Shown: positions 37,214 to 46,110 of the stretch, piece after piece | How positions within the stretch are numbered: position 1 is the first letter of the stretch | Layout: every line of letters begins with the position of its first letter | Assembly: GCA_964354345.1 (NCBI GenBank) | Contig: CAYGZL010000106.1 | Location: 6,170-70,169 of the forward strand | Direction of reading: 5' to 3' | From: an uncultured Anaerolineaceae bacterium | GTDB taxonomy: Bacteria > Chloroflexota > Anaerolineae > Anaerolineales > UBA4823 | DNA length: 64,000 nt | Translations under genes and position numbers: made by a program | Notes under the pieces: generated by a model | Database searches by the model: none | Told to the model about the DNA's origin: nothing | What the model saw: only the letters and a program-made list of their open reading frames with translations

Positions 37214-39798
37214 ATAAAATTCAAACGCAGTAGATACTCACCATAACGGATGTCCATCTGATTGGCGGGCAGTTCAGCCGAGCAATATGGATTATCGATG
37301 TGTTTAAACCCGGTTATTGGTTGTTCGATTTCATTAACCATCAAGGGTCCTTCCCAGCCGAACGCCAGGGTCTCGCTGTGTAGACCCACCATTTGAACTG
37401 CCAGGTCCTGGAAGTTCAAGGGCATCCTTGTTACCCTGTCCTGGAAATCCTTGAAATCCCCGTCAATCGCTCTTCGGCCCATCTGGCAAACCCACACATT
37501 TTTATGCCCATACGAGCGGAGTTCGCGATAACCATCCGGACCGCGTCTGTTTAGCTCAAAGCCCCTGGCAGAGGTTAACGCCAGGTAGCCATTGTCTTTC
37601 CGAGCAAAAGCCCATCCTTCCGAGAAGGCATGTTCGTCGAAAGCATAAATGGGAAAGTAAGCATGGGTAAAACCCATCCAGTCTTGTTCGGGGAAGTTGT
37701 ACACTGCGATCAGCATTTCTTTCCACTGAGCCACCCTGGGCAGTACCGCATTTCCCCGCCAGAATCCCGGGTAGTGCGCCTCACTCTCACTCATACAGGC
37801 GGGATGGTTGGTGAACACAACTGCGTCTGATCCCATAGTCGCCTGCCAGATGTGCTCATGGCTACCCCGGCTTCCGGGATGGTAATCCTGAGCGGAACTG
37901 AGCATGTAATCGGGGGTCTTATAAGTAACCCTATTTATCTCGCTTTCACCTGGTACGGTAACCCCACTACCATGTGTGATGATCCTATTCCGTTCATTAC
38001 ACCACATTTCTTCCGGCAATTTGGTGGCAATTTCCGTAAAGAAGGCCGGGAACTCATAATTGGAACAGGCCAGGCCGACGGTTCCCAGAATGTGGTGGTT
38101 AAAAACCCCCATCCCCCATAATAATCGGCAGATCCCTGAGGTTGCCTCGAGTTGGGCGCTCTTGATCATTGAGGCGTGCGTGCGTCCATGACTGGCACCG
38201 AAAGCTCCCTTAAAGGAATTGACGGCCAGCGTAAAAATCATTTTATCTAACAGCACTGAGGCCATATCGCAGATGGCAGCTTTGAGGAGCAATAATTCCG
38301 ATTCAGCCAGGCTGGCGAGATAGGATAGAGCCAAAATGACTTGTTCATAATAATAATTTGAATCCCAATCCGTGAATCCGTTGCTGGCGCGTTGACGCAT
38401 CCAATCCAGGGCAAGTTGCCCACCTCGATTAAAGTGCCATAAACCGGTCTGTTGGGAATTCGAGAAAATCCGGTCAAGATAAAGCTGTCCAGCCAGGATT
38501 TCGCAGGTATGGATCAGGATGGTGTGACTCTCCCCACTAAAATCCAGGGTATCGCTGGTAGAGAACACCGGCAGCTTATACTCGAACTTAAGGATGCAGT
38601 CTTCGATGGGTTGATTCAAGTTGTCTGGAAATGAAGGATTGTTCTGGTAGCGATGCATGATCCCCAGCAATCCAACCAGCAGGATGTCACTGTCGTTGAT
38701 GCGCTGGTTAACCTGTTCCACCGCTACTAGAATTCGGTCAGGTTTCAACTCAGACCACCTGTTCAATTCCATCTTTGCTATCTCTGCGAAGAGGTCAGTT
38801 TCGAATTTGGTCGCATCTTCCAAAGCCTCCAGCCGGCGTTGTGTTATGTCTTTATAGGGAGCAATGGAATAAGCATTATCCAGAACATGAATCGGTAATT
38901 TGCGTGTGTACCGTAAATTATGCTCAAAAAATTCCTTTAGCGGTGCCATCAATGTAACAAAGTAGGGTCTTTCCAAGAGTCTGAAATTATGCCCCACATC
39001 TACCGGTTTGGTTGCGTCGGTCCTCCAGGTTCCATCTACATACACGAGATTGCGCGAATCCATGATTTTATAATCATAGGTAACTTCCCTTTGTAAATCC
39101 TCCGCCCAACGCAGGTTGAAGTGAGCTCCCCGATGGTTGACTACTTCTTCCAGATATGCATTCTCGAACATCAGCTCAAGCGCTTGATGGCGCAAAGGGT
39201 AGCGCGCGTTCGTGGGTACACAAATCGATATTTCTATATCGGTTTCATTAGCAGGTAAATCAACAATTTGAAAAGCCATTACATTTTCACATTCGCGGAC
39301 CGCGACCTGGTTAAAACGCACCAGCAAATTATTTTCTTGTTTCAGCGAGGCCGGGATGCGAATGCTAAACAAATCTGGAGAAAATTTTTCCTGGTGATGA
39401 ATGTGATTCCCGTTTAGCCAAATATCTGCCGGACCACGGGTTGTTAGCACCATCGTGACCGGTATTGCATAACTGGATTTGATCACCGTATATGCCCAGG
39501 TTTGCAGGTGCTGCCAATTTGGGTAGGAATTTGAAACATCGACAAAATGATCCTCGTGGCAGCGGATGTAATTCCAGGTTAATTTCTCACCATTGATCTC
39601 TGATATGCCTTGATCGACAGGCGGTTCAGATAAGGCAACTCCCTCTCGGTAGAATTGATGAGCGATCTGGAGTTTATAGGTAATTTCATCATCCTTTGTA
39701 CGATCCGGGCTCAATATGGGTGTGGATTGTGGGCCAGCAACTAGCCAGTTATGGATGTAGCCATTGTTAAGCGGATAGACAAGATAATTACTACTCAT
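37210..39798 (-). CDS. Large cytoplasmic hypothetical protein (862 aa), possibly a heparinase II/III-like or toroid-fold carbohydrate-active enzyme
   Basis: Long uninterrupted ORF with no signal peptide. N-terminus YIHNWLVAGP suggests a beta-sandwich. The middle looks helical. The C-terminus has GSHEHIW..VFTNHP, reminiscent of heparinase II/III C-domains. Visibly AT-richer than its neighbours. Confidence 0.6.
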   Translation of the reverse strand: MSSNYLVYPLNNGYIHNWLVAGPQSTPILSPDRTKDDEITYKLQIAHQFYREGVALSEPPVDQGISEINGEKLTWNYIRCHEDHFVDVSNSYPNWQHLQTWAYTVIKSSYAIPVTMVLTTRGPADIWLNGNHIHHQEKFSPDLFSIRIPASLKQENNLLVRFNQVAVRECENVMAFQIVDLPANETDIEISICVPTNARYPLRHQALELMFENAYLEEVVNHRGAHFNLRWAEDLQREVTYDYKIMDSRNLVYVDGTWRTDATKPVDVGHNFRLLERPYFVTLMAPLKEFFEHNLRYTRKLPIHVLDNAYSIAPYKDITQRRLEALEDATKFETDLFAEIAKMELNRWSELKPDRILVAVEQVNQRINDSDILLVGLLGIMHRYQNNPSFPDNLNQPIEDCILKFEYKLPVFSTSDTLDFSGESHTILIHTCEILAGQLYLDRIFSNSQQTGLWHFNRGGQLALDWMRQRASNGFTDWDSNYYYEQVILALSYLASLAESELLLLKAAICDMASVLLDKMIFTLAVNSFKGAFGASHGRTHASMIKSAQLEATSGICRLLWGMGVFNHHILGTVGLACSNYEFPAFFTEIATKLPEEMWCNERNRIITHGSGVTVPGESEINRVTYKTPDYMLSSAQDYHPGSRGSHEHIWQATMGSDAVVFTNHPACMSESEAHYPGFWRGNAVLPRVAQWKEMLIAVYNFPEQDWMGFTHAYFPIYAFDEHAFSEGWAFARKDNGYLALTSARGFELNRRGPDGYRELRSYGHKNVWVCQMGRRAIDGDFKDFQDRVTRMPLNFQDLAVQMVGLHSETLAFGWEGPLMVNEIEQPITGFKHIDNPYCSAELPANQMDIRYGEYLLRLNFI

Positions 39799-39817
39799 AA
39801 AACTTTACTACTCCTGG

Positions 39818-39835
39818 ATTGATGGGATATCAATT
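39818..39835. promoter_or_regulatory. Inverted repeat ATTGAT-gggat-ATCAAT containing the AATTGATA/TATCAATT octamer, 29 nt upstream of the 862-aa gene ATG
   Basis: Plus strand reads ATTGATGGGATATCAATT at 39818-39835, immediately upstream of the gene's AGGAG RBS in gene orientation. Confidence 0.35.
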
Positions 39836-40012
39836 TCTGAGTTCAATGGCTCAGATTGGTTTCAGCGAATTGGTAGTCAGGGAAAGGCTTAGGGACAACA
39901 CGCAGGTATTATAGCCTATTCTTTCCCCGATTAATTTGATTAAGAGGTTGGTATTCAGGTGTAGATTATAAAGGCGTTTTATGTTGTGATCTGTAAGCTA
40001 TTGAAAGTTTTG

Positions 40013-40042
40013 TTGATCCGATTTGAGTTGTTGTGGTAAGAT
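40013..40042 (+). promoter_or_regulatory. Candidate promoter of the HlyD/FtsX exporter operon
   Basis: TTGATC (40013-40018), an 18-nt spacer, then TGgTAAGAT (-10 at 40037-40042). Confidence 0.3.
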
Positions 40043-40106
40043 CATCAGAGGTTGGGGATCGAAAATCACCTGGTAAACGGAAATTATAAAAAAAGTCGGA
40101 GGATGA

Positions 40107-41300
40107 ATGTACCAAAAGAGGAAACTAATATCGGTACAAATGGTGATCTTTGCTCTATTGATTTCCGCTTGTGGAGTATCTGGGGGAGGTATTGCCACAC
40201 CGACGCCCTTGCCTCCAATTATCAGTTACGAGAAAGCGCTCTTTTCAGTGGAACGCGGTTCGATCGTATCTGAGAAATATGCCGGGGGTGAAGTCGTCCC
40301 TTCTAAGCAGAATGAACTTTATTTCCGTGCTTCTGGCTATGTCACTCGTATTATATTCAAACTTGGCGACACGGTCAAAAAAGGCGAGTTGATTGCTGAG
40401 ATGCAGGTGGATGACCTGGTAAACCAGGTGGAACAAGCGCGCATTGATCTGGAAGTTGCGCAGGCGAAGTTAATCGCCAGTCAAACTCAAGCACGCTATG
40501 GTATTCAGCGCGCCGAGACCCAGGTCAAGATTTGGGAGGATCGTGTAGCTCTGGCGCGCATGGACATCGAACGGGCCGTTGGCGCGGATGCTCAGGCGCG
40601 AGCGAAGTATGAATTAGATATCACTGAACAAAACCTGACGCTGGCGCGCATAGATCTCCAGCAAACGAGTGAATCAGCTAACCCTTACGAGGAACAAGCG
40701 GTCGAACGTACTCTGCTGGCTGTACAGCGGCTTGAGTCCCTGGTGAGTGAACGGCAGATCTTCGCGCCCTATGATTGCATAATCTTGAGAAGCATGATTC
40801 GCCCCGGGAATAATGCTGAGGCGTTTAATGTTCTCTTCGTTGTCGGAGATCCTACCACCCTGGTAATCCGTACACAGTATGAATATTCTTTACGAGAAAA
40901 ATTGAGGAAAGACATGGAAGTTAATCTGACCTTCTCGGTGGAAGATACTGAAACACACCTGGTGCAATATCTACCCAACTTCCTACCAATCACACCGAAG
41001 GAGGGTCAGACAGGGACGGCAGCAGGTGAGTATTTATACTTCACGGCTCCACAAGATATCCCCCAAGATCAACTTGAGGTGGGCCAAAGCGTTAATTTAA
41101 CCATCGTGTTAGGGCGCAAAGAGAATGTGCTGCTCTTGCCTCCCGCGGCTATTCGGAATTACCGGGGATTAAATTTCGTTATCGTACAGGAAGGCGACCG
41201 TAAGCGGCGGGTTGAAATTTTTAAGGTTGGTCTGGAATCACCGGAACGTTGGGAGATCGAAGCAGATTTGAAAGAAGGCGATCAGGTACTAGGGCCTTAG
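40107..41300 (+). CDS. HlyD/MacA-type periplasmic adaptor (membrane fusion) lipoprotein
   Basis: Lipobox FALLISAC, a biotinyl-lipoyl-like motif GDTVKKGELIAEM, a long coiled coil (QVEQARIDLEVAQAKL..), and a beta-barrel C-terminus. Confidence 0.8.
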   Translation: MYQKRKLISVQMVIFALLISACGVSGGGIATPTPLPPIISYEKALFSVERGSIVSEKYAGGEVVPSKQNELYFRASGYVTRIIFKLGDTVKKGELIAEMQVDDLVNQVEQARIDLEVAQAKLIASQTQARYGIQRAETQVKIWEDRVALARMDIERAVGADAQARAKYELDITEQNLTLARIDLQQTSESANPYEEQAVERTLLAVQRLESLVSERQIFAPYDCIILRSMIRPGNNAEAFNVLFVVGDPTTLVIRTQYEYSLREKLRKDMEVNLTFSVEDTETHLVQYLPNFLPITPKEGQTGTAAGEYLYFTAPQDIPQDQLEVGQSVNLTIVLGRKENVLLLPPAAIRNYRGLNFVIVQEGDRKRRVEIFKVGLESPERWEIEADLKEGDQVLGP

Positions 41301-41303
41301 GCT

Positions 41304-44174
41304 ATGGCTAATTTCTTCTCGTCCATTGTGGTGGTTTTCAAACGGTTGTGGCATAACCTGGGTTTAAGCCTCAGCGCTTTGTTGGGGATTATCGCAATCA
41401 TGGCGATTGCAGTCTGCGTCCCAGTATTTTCACATTCGGTTGCGGGAAAAGTACTCCGCCTCCAACTGGATGAAAAGGTTGCCAGCACCCATCGTCGCTT
41501 GTTTAGCCTCCATCTGTTTTATCAAGATAACCAAACCCCTTCTGTTTTCACAATTGACAATGCCAAAACAGTCAGTGATTTCTTACGCGATCAGATGGCA
41601 AAGCAAATGGGATTGCCGGTAGAACAGATAGTGATGGGCACCCAATCGGGGATACAAAATGTAGCCGACTTGAACAACCGTGGCTATGATTTCCCGAATA
41701 CTCCCGTAGCGCGCTGGCGATTCTTGTTTTTGGATATCTTGCCGCAAAGTTCTGATCTGGTCGAGGGGAAATGGCCTGAACCAGATCTTGGCAACTCTGG
41801 TCCTATACAAGTCGCAGTCCCAGACACGATGGCGGATGAGATGCTCTTGAAGATCGGTGACCTTTTCCAGACCCCCACGGTGCAGGTGCAGATCGTCGGT
41901 TTTTGGCGAGCCAAGAATAATTTTGATCCGCTCTGGTTTAATAATCCAGATATCGAGTACTCCAATACTCTTTGGGTGCCTGAACTCACCTACCGAAACC
42001 GGATTGCCAAGGAGGTAAATCAACCAGTATTTTTCACTTTTTGGTATGTGATCGTCCCTGAAAAAAGCGTGAACATAGGCCGCGCACCTCAATACCTGCG
42101 CGGGATGGTAAGGCTGGATCGTGATCTCCAAAAAGTAATCCCTGGAATAAAAATAGATTATTCGCCGATGGAAGCCTTACAAGTCTATCAAAAGCGCGCC
42201 GATACTATGACTACACTTTTATATGCGGTTGGCTCGCCGATGATTGTGTTGGCCTTGCTTTTTATCACCTTGACTGCACGGATTGCGGTCCAACAATATG
42301 AGAATGAAATTGCCACCATGCGTGGTCGAGGCACCAGCCGGTTCCAGGTCCTATCGCTCAATTTGATCGAAAGTCTGGTATTGGTCACCCTGGCTTTTTT
42401 CCCGTCCCTTGGGGTTGGTTGGTTGGCAGCGAATTTGATGGTGAAAACCGTCTCATTTCTGTCTTTTACATCTCGCTCGACCTTTCCATTTTCACTCGAA
42501 GGGGTGAATTATCTATTGCTGGGTACGGCCGTTGTGCTCATCGTGCTGTCGCGTTTTATGCCGGCTGTGAATATCTCGCGCATAACCATCATCCGGTTAA
42601 AACAGGAGCAGTCCCGCGCCAGCCTCCAACCATTTTGGCAACGTTTTTACCTGGACTTCCTGTTGCTTCTCCCGGGAATTTATGCCTACGTCGTACTGCG
42701 TGGGTGGGCAAAACCAGCCCAATTTATTGCCAGCCTGTGGGAAACTGGCGAGCAGTATCGGGATCCGCTCTTATTTATCGCGCCAGCGATCATGTCAATT
42801 GCGATTTGCATGCTGATGTTGCGACTGGTGCCGCTCTTCTTGCGCCTGTTGGCGGCGATTGTTGAACGTCTGCCAGGTGTGTGGGCATACCTCTCTTTAC
42901 AGCAGGTAGCCCGGCGACCTGAAGATCACACCAGCACCCTGCTACTGATTATGATCTCTTTAAGTCTATCGATTTTTTCGGCTTCGACAGCGAAAACCCT
43001 GGATCGCTGGTTGTATGACTCAGCTTACTACCAGGCCGGATCAGATCTGGCTGTCCAGGAGTTGATCATCAGTAGTGGTGGGGGGAACACGTTTGGCATT
43101 CCAAGCGGAGGGACAACGGTAACTGACGTCAGCAGCATTGCTCAGGGCTTTATCAGCGTGGAAGAACATCTCAAGCTGCCAACTGTCCAGGCTGCCACGC
43201 GGGTTGGGATTTATGGCGGTGTCTACAGTTACGGTGTGGGTGAGTTAAACTGTGTTGTCATGGGCATTGACCGGCTCGACTTTCCCAGCGCTGGATTCTA
43301 TCGAGCGGATTTCGCTTCCCAATCCTTAGGGTCGTTAATGAACGCTTTGGGTGGGCAACCAATGGGAGTGCTGGTGCCAGAGGAGCTTACTAAAAAATCC
43401 GGTCTGGGAGCTGGTGACCAGCTCAATGTGACCATCAATGTAGCCGATCAGAAATTCGACCGCGAGCTGATCATTGTCGGGACTTATCGTTACTTCCCTA
43501 CCGTATATCCTTCTGGAACGACAGTTTCAAGCTGGTCTACCCTCATCGTCAATCTGGAGTCCATCTTCGATAACCCGGAAGCAGCTGAAGGATTTAGTTT
43601 CTGGCTCAGGCTTAAGGAGAATGCAGATCTCAACCAGGTGTTGAAACAATTGCGGGGTTTAATAAACTCAGAAAATGCTGCAGTTAAGATTTTTGGTAAT
43701 GCCATTGAGGAGATAAAGAAGGGTCAGGATCAACCTGAAAGGGTGGGATTATTTGGTATATTAAATGTTGGGTTCCTGACAACGGGACTGATGCCTGGGA
43801 TTGGTTTCCTGCTCTATTCTTATGCCTCATTACGCCGTCGATTTATCCAACTTGGCATCTTGCAAGCGATTGGCCTTTCGGTACAGCAGTTGGTTGGCTA
43901 TCTGGTCTTTGAACAGCTTTTATTAATGGGTCTGGCTGTTTTAATTGGCGCAGGGATCGGGTTGGTGTGCAGCTACCTGTTTGTACCGCTGCTTCAGATC
44001 GGTGCCTCTCTGGGTGTGCCTATCCCCCCCTTTCAGGTATTGATTGGCTGGGCTGAGACAGGCTGGCTTTGTCTTGGATTTAGTCTGGTGTTAGTTCTGA
44101 CCGTTACCTTCACTATCCTCTACCTGGTACGCTTAAAAGTGTTCCAGGCCGTGAAGATGGGCGAAACATTGTAA
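41304..44174 (+). CDS. Fused double FtsX/MacB-type ABC permease (956 aa)
   Basis: Hydrophobic pattern is roughly 4+2+4 TM, with two large extracytoplasmic loops (about aa 45-300 and 570-830). Each FtsX-like 3-TM bundle follows one loop. Confidence 0.8.
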   Translation: MANFFSSIVVVFKRLWHNLGLSLSALLGIIAIMAIAVCVPVFSHSVAGKVLRLQLDEKVASTHRRLFSLHLFYQDNQTPSVFTIDNAKTVSDFLRDQMAKQMGLPVEQIVMGTQSGIQNVADLNNRGYDFPNTPVARWRFLFLDILPQSSDLVEGKWPEPDLGNSGPIQVAVPDTMADEMLLKIGDLFQTPTVQVQIVGFWRAKNNFDPLWFNNPDIEYSNTLWVPELTYRNRIAKEVNQPVFFTFWYVIVPEKSVNIGRAPQYLRGMVRLDRDLQKVIPGIKIDYSPMEALQVYQKRADTMTTLLYAVGSPMIVLALLFITLTARIAVQQYENEIATMRGRGTSRFQVLSLNLIESLVLVTLAFFPSLGVGWLAANLMVKTVSFLSFTSRSTFPFSLEGVNYLLLGTAVVLIVLSRFMPAVNISRITIIRLKQEQSRASLQPFWQRFYLDFLLLLPGIYAYVVLRGWAKPAQFIASLWETGEQYRDPLLFIAPAIMSIAICMLMLRLVPLFLRLLAAIVERLPGVWAYLSLQQVARRPEDHTSTLLLIMISLSLSIFSASTAKTLDRWLYDSAYYQAGSDLAVQELIISSGGGNTFGIPSGGTTVTDVSSIAQGFISVEEHLKLPTVQAATRVGIYGGVYSYGVGELNCVVMGIDRLDFPSAGFYRADFASQSLGSLMNALGGQPMGVLVPEELTKKSGLGAGDQLNVTINVADQKFDRELIIVGTYRYFPTVYPSGTTVSSWSTLIVNLESIFDNPEAAEGFSFWLRLKENADLNQVLKQLRGLINSENAAVKIFGNAIEEIKKGQDQPERVGLFGILNVGFLTTGLMPGIGFLLYSYASLRRRFIQLGILQAIGLSVQQLVGYLVFEQLLLMGLAVLIGAGIGLVCSYLFVPLLQIGASLGVPIPPFQVLIGWAETGWLCLGFSLVLVLTVTFTILYLVRLKVFQAVKMGETL

Positions 44175-44213
44175 ACAGTTGCAGGTTATCCATTGACAGT
44201 TTGAAGGTTAGAG

Positions 44214-45254
44214 GTGGTTATGTCAAATGGGAAAGATAATTTGATAACATGCGAGAACCTGGTACGTATCTACAAAGTTGCTGACCTGGAGGTAGTGGCT
44301 TTGCAGGGCCTGGATCTGATGGTACGGCGGGGTGAAATGCTAGGCATTGTCGGCACCTCAGGATCAGGTAAGACAACCTTGATGAATATTCTTGGCGGTC
44401 TAGACCGGCCATCTGCTGGGCGAGTAATTGTGGATGGGCAAGATCTGCTGAACCTGTCCGAAGTAGAATTAAATTCATATCAGCGCAATAAAGTTGGTTT
44501 CGTCTGGCAGCAGACTTCTCGCAACCTGATCACGTATTTAACCGCGCAGGAGAATATCGAATTGCCGATGACGATGGCTGGAGGCCGCACTCACCGGCAG
44601 AAGCGCGAGTGGAGCTTAGAACTGCTTCACTCGGTTGGTTTGTACGAACGCCGTCGCCATAAGCTTTCCCAGCTTTCGGGTGGAGAACAACAACGTGTGG
44701 CAATTGCCGTTGCCCTGGCGAATAAACCAGTCTTGCTCCTGGGAGATGAGCCGACCGGTGAGGTCGACTCGACGACAGCCCACGTGATCATTAATACCTT
44801 TCGCAAGATGAGCGAGCAGATGGGTTTGACGACGATCATCGTTACCCATGATCCTCGGATCGCCGAGTTGGTGGATCGGGTCGTGGCTATTCGCGATGGC
44901 AAGATCAGCACGGAGACAATCCGCCAGGTGAGTAACCAGGCATCATCAGTTAGTGACCAGCCATTATCGATCAGCGCTCCGCCAACTGAAGTCTATAATG
45001 AATATGTTGTGCTAGACTCAGCCGGGCGTTTACAGCTCCCACGTGAATGGCTGGAACAACTTGGGATCGGGAAGCGCGCCCAACTGGAATTGGGTGAGGG
45101 GAGTATTTTGGTGCGACCAGCAGAAGGTCACACGGGTGAAGCAGCGCAACCTAAGCTAACGCTTGAGGAACAGATTGCGCTGCTATTTACTGAAGAGCCA
45201 CCTCAACCACGGCGAAGTTTGCTGGCACGTTTAAGGCGGCGTAATTCAGTTTAA
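44214..45254 (+). CDS. MacB/LolD-type ABC ATPase with a C-terminal AbrB/SpoVT-like domain
   Basis: Walker A GTSGSGKTT, signature LSGGEQQR, Walker B LLLGDEPTGEVD, H-loop VTHD. The C-terminal 110 aa include VVLDSAGRLQLPREWLEQLGIGKRAQLELGEGSILVRP. Confidence 0.85.
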   Translation: MVMSNGKDNLITCENLVRIYKVADLEVVALQGLDLMVRRGEMLGIVGTSGSGKTTLMNILGGLDRPSAGRVIVDGQDLLNLSEVELNSYQRNKVGFVWQQTSRNLITYLTAQENIELPMTMAGGRTHRQKREWSLELLHSVGLYERRRHKLSQLSGGEQQRVAIAVALANKPVLLLGDEPTGEVDSTTAHVIINTFRKMSEQMGLTTIIVTHDPRIAELVDRVVAIRDGKISTETIRQVSNQASSVSDQPLSISAPPTEVYNEYVVLDSAGRLQLPREWLEQLGIGKRAQLELGEGSILVRPAEGHTGEAAQPKLTLEEQIALLFTEEPPQPRRSLLARLRRRNSV

Positions 45255-45275
45255 AAATGTAAAGAGGTGATGGGT

Positions 45276-46061
45276 ATGCCAGACGAAACAGTAGTTCCGG
45301 GCGAAACAGTAGTTCCTGGAGAAACAGTAGTTCCAGGCGAAACAGTAGTTCCACGAGAAACAGGGATGGCGGGGAAAATAATTATTCAGGCGACCAATAT
45401 AACCCGTGTGTATAGCGTCGGTCAAACCAGGGTGACTGCGCTAAACAATCTTTCGATCGAAGTGCCATCGGGTCTTCTTGCTGCCTTGAAGGGTCGGTCG
45501 GGATCGGGAAAAACCACCTTGTTAAATATGATCGGTGGTTTGGATAAACCCACCAGTGGGGAGGTATCCGTTTTTGGTCTCTCGTTGTCCAAGATGTCCA
45601 GCCAGGAATTGACCTTACTGCGTCGGAAGCGGATTGGCTTTGTCTTCCAATCCTTTGCTATCATCCCAACATTCTCTGCCCTTGAAAATGTGGAATTGAT
45701 CCTGCGCATCAACGGGGTATGGCGTGGTCGCCGGCAACGTGCGCTGCGCAGCCTGGAAATTGTTGGTCTGGGTCCGTGGGCCAATCATCGTCCGTGGGAG
45801 CTTTCGGGAGGTCAGCAACAACGCGTTGCGATCGCACGCGCCTTATCAACCCATCCCGATTTAATTCTGGCGGATGAACCAACCGGTGAACTGGACAGTG
45901 GTACAGGACGGCAAATATATGCTCTCTTCCGCTATATCATCAGCCTGGAGGGAATCACCATTGTGATGGCTTCCCACGATCCAGTAGTCGAGGAATATGC
46001 CCATATTATTTTTGAATTGAGCGATGGGCAAATCACAGCGATACGCAGACCGCAAAACTGA
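45276..46061 (+). CDS. Second MacB/LolD-type ABC ATPase with an N-terminal (ETVVPG)x4 repeat tail
   Basis: Walker A GRSGSGKTT, signature LSGGQQQR, Walker B ILADEPTGELD, H-loop ASHD. RBS AAGAGG lies 8 nt before ATG 45276. Alternative starts are 45267 and 45366. Confidence 0.85.
   Translation: MPDETVVPGETVVPGETVVPGETVVPRETGMAGKIIIQATNITRVYSVGQTRVTALNNLSIEVPSGLLAALKGRSGSGKTTLLNMIGGLDKPTSGEVSVFGLSLSKMSSQELTLLRRKRIGFVFQSFAIIPTFSALENVELILRINGVWRGRRQRALRSLEIVGLGPWANHRPWELSGGQQQRVAIARALSTHPDLILADEPTGELDSGTGRQIYALFRYIISLEGITIVMASHDPVVEEYAHIIFELSDGQITAIRRPQN
45285..45363 (+). repeat. 18-bp tandem repeat, 4.4 copies (gaaacagtagttccNggN)
   Basis: Units at 45285, 45303, 45321 and 45339, plus a partial unit at 45357. 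The units differ at the third positions of the Pro and Gly codons (ccg/cct/cca/cca; ggc/gga/ggc), and the last Gly codon becomes cga (Arg). Confidence 0.95.
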
Positions 46062-46110
46062 GCCGGTTTTACAGAGAGTAGTGACAACGTCGAATTAAGG
46101 ATGAGGAAAT

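Noticed and set aside
45285-45363. The 18-bp tandem repeat as a CRISPR array or minisatellite.
   Set aside because: The units are directly adjacent with no spacers. They are in frame with a downstream ATPase core and preceded by an RBS and ATG. The array is reported as a coding repeat instead.
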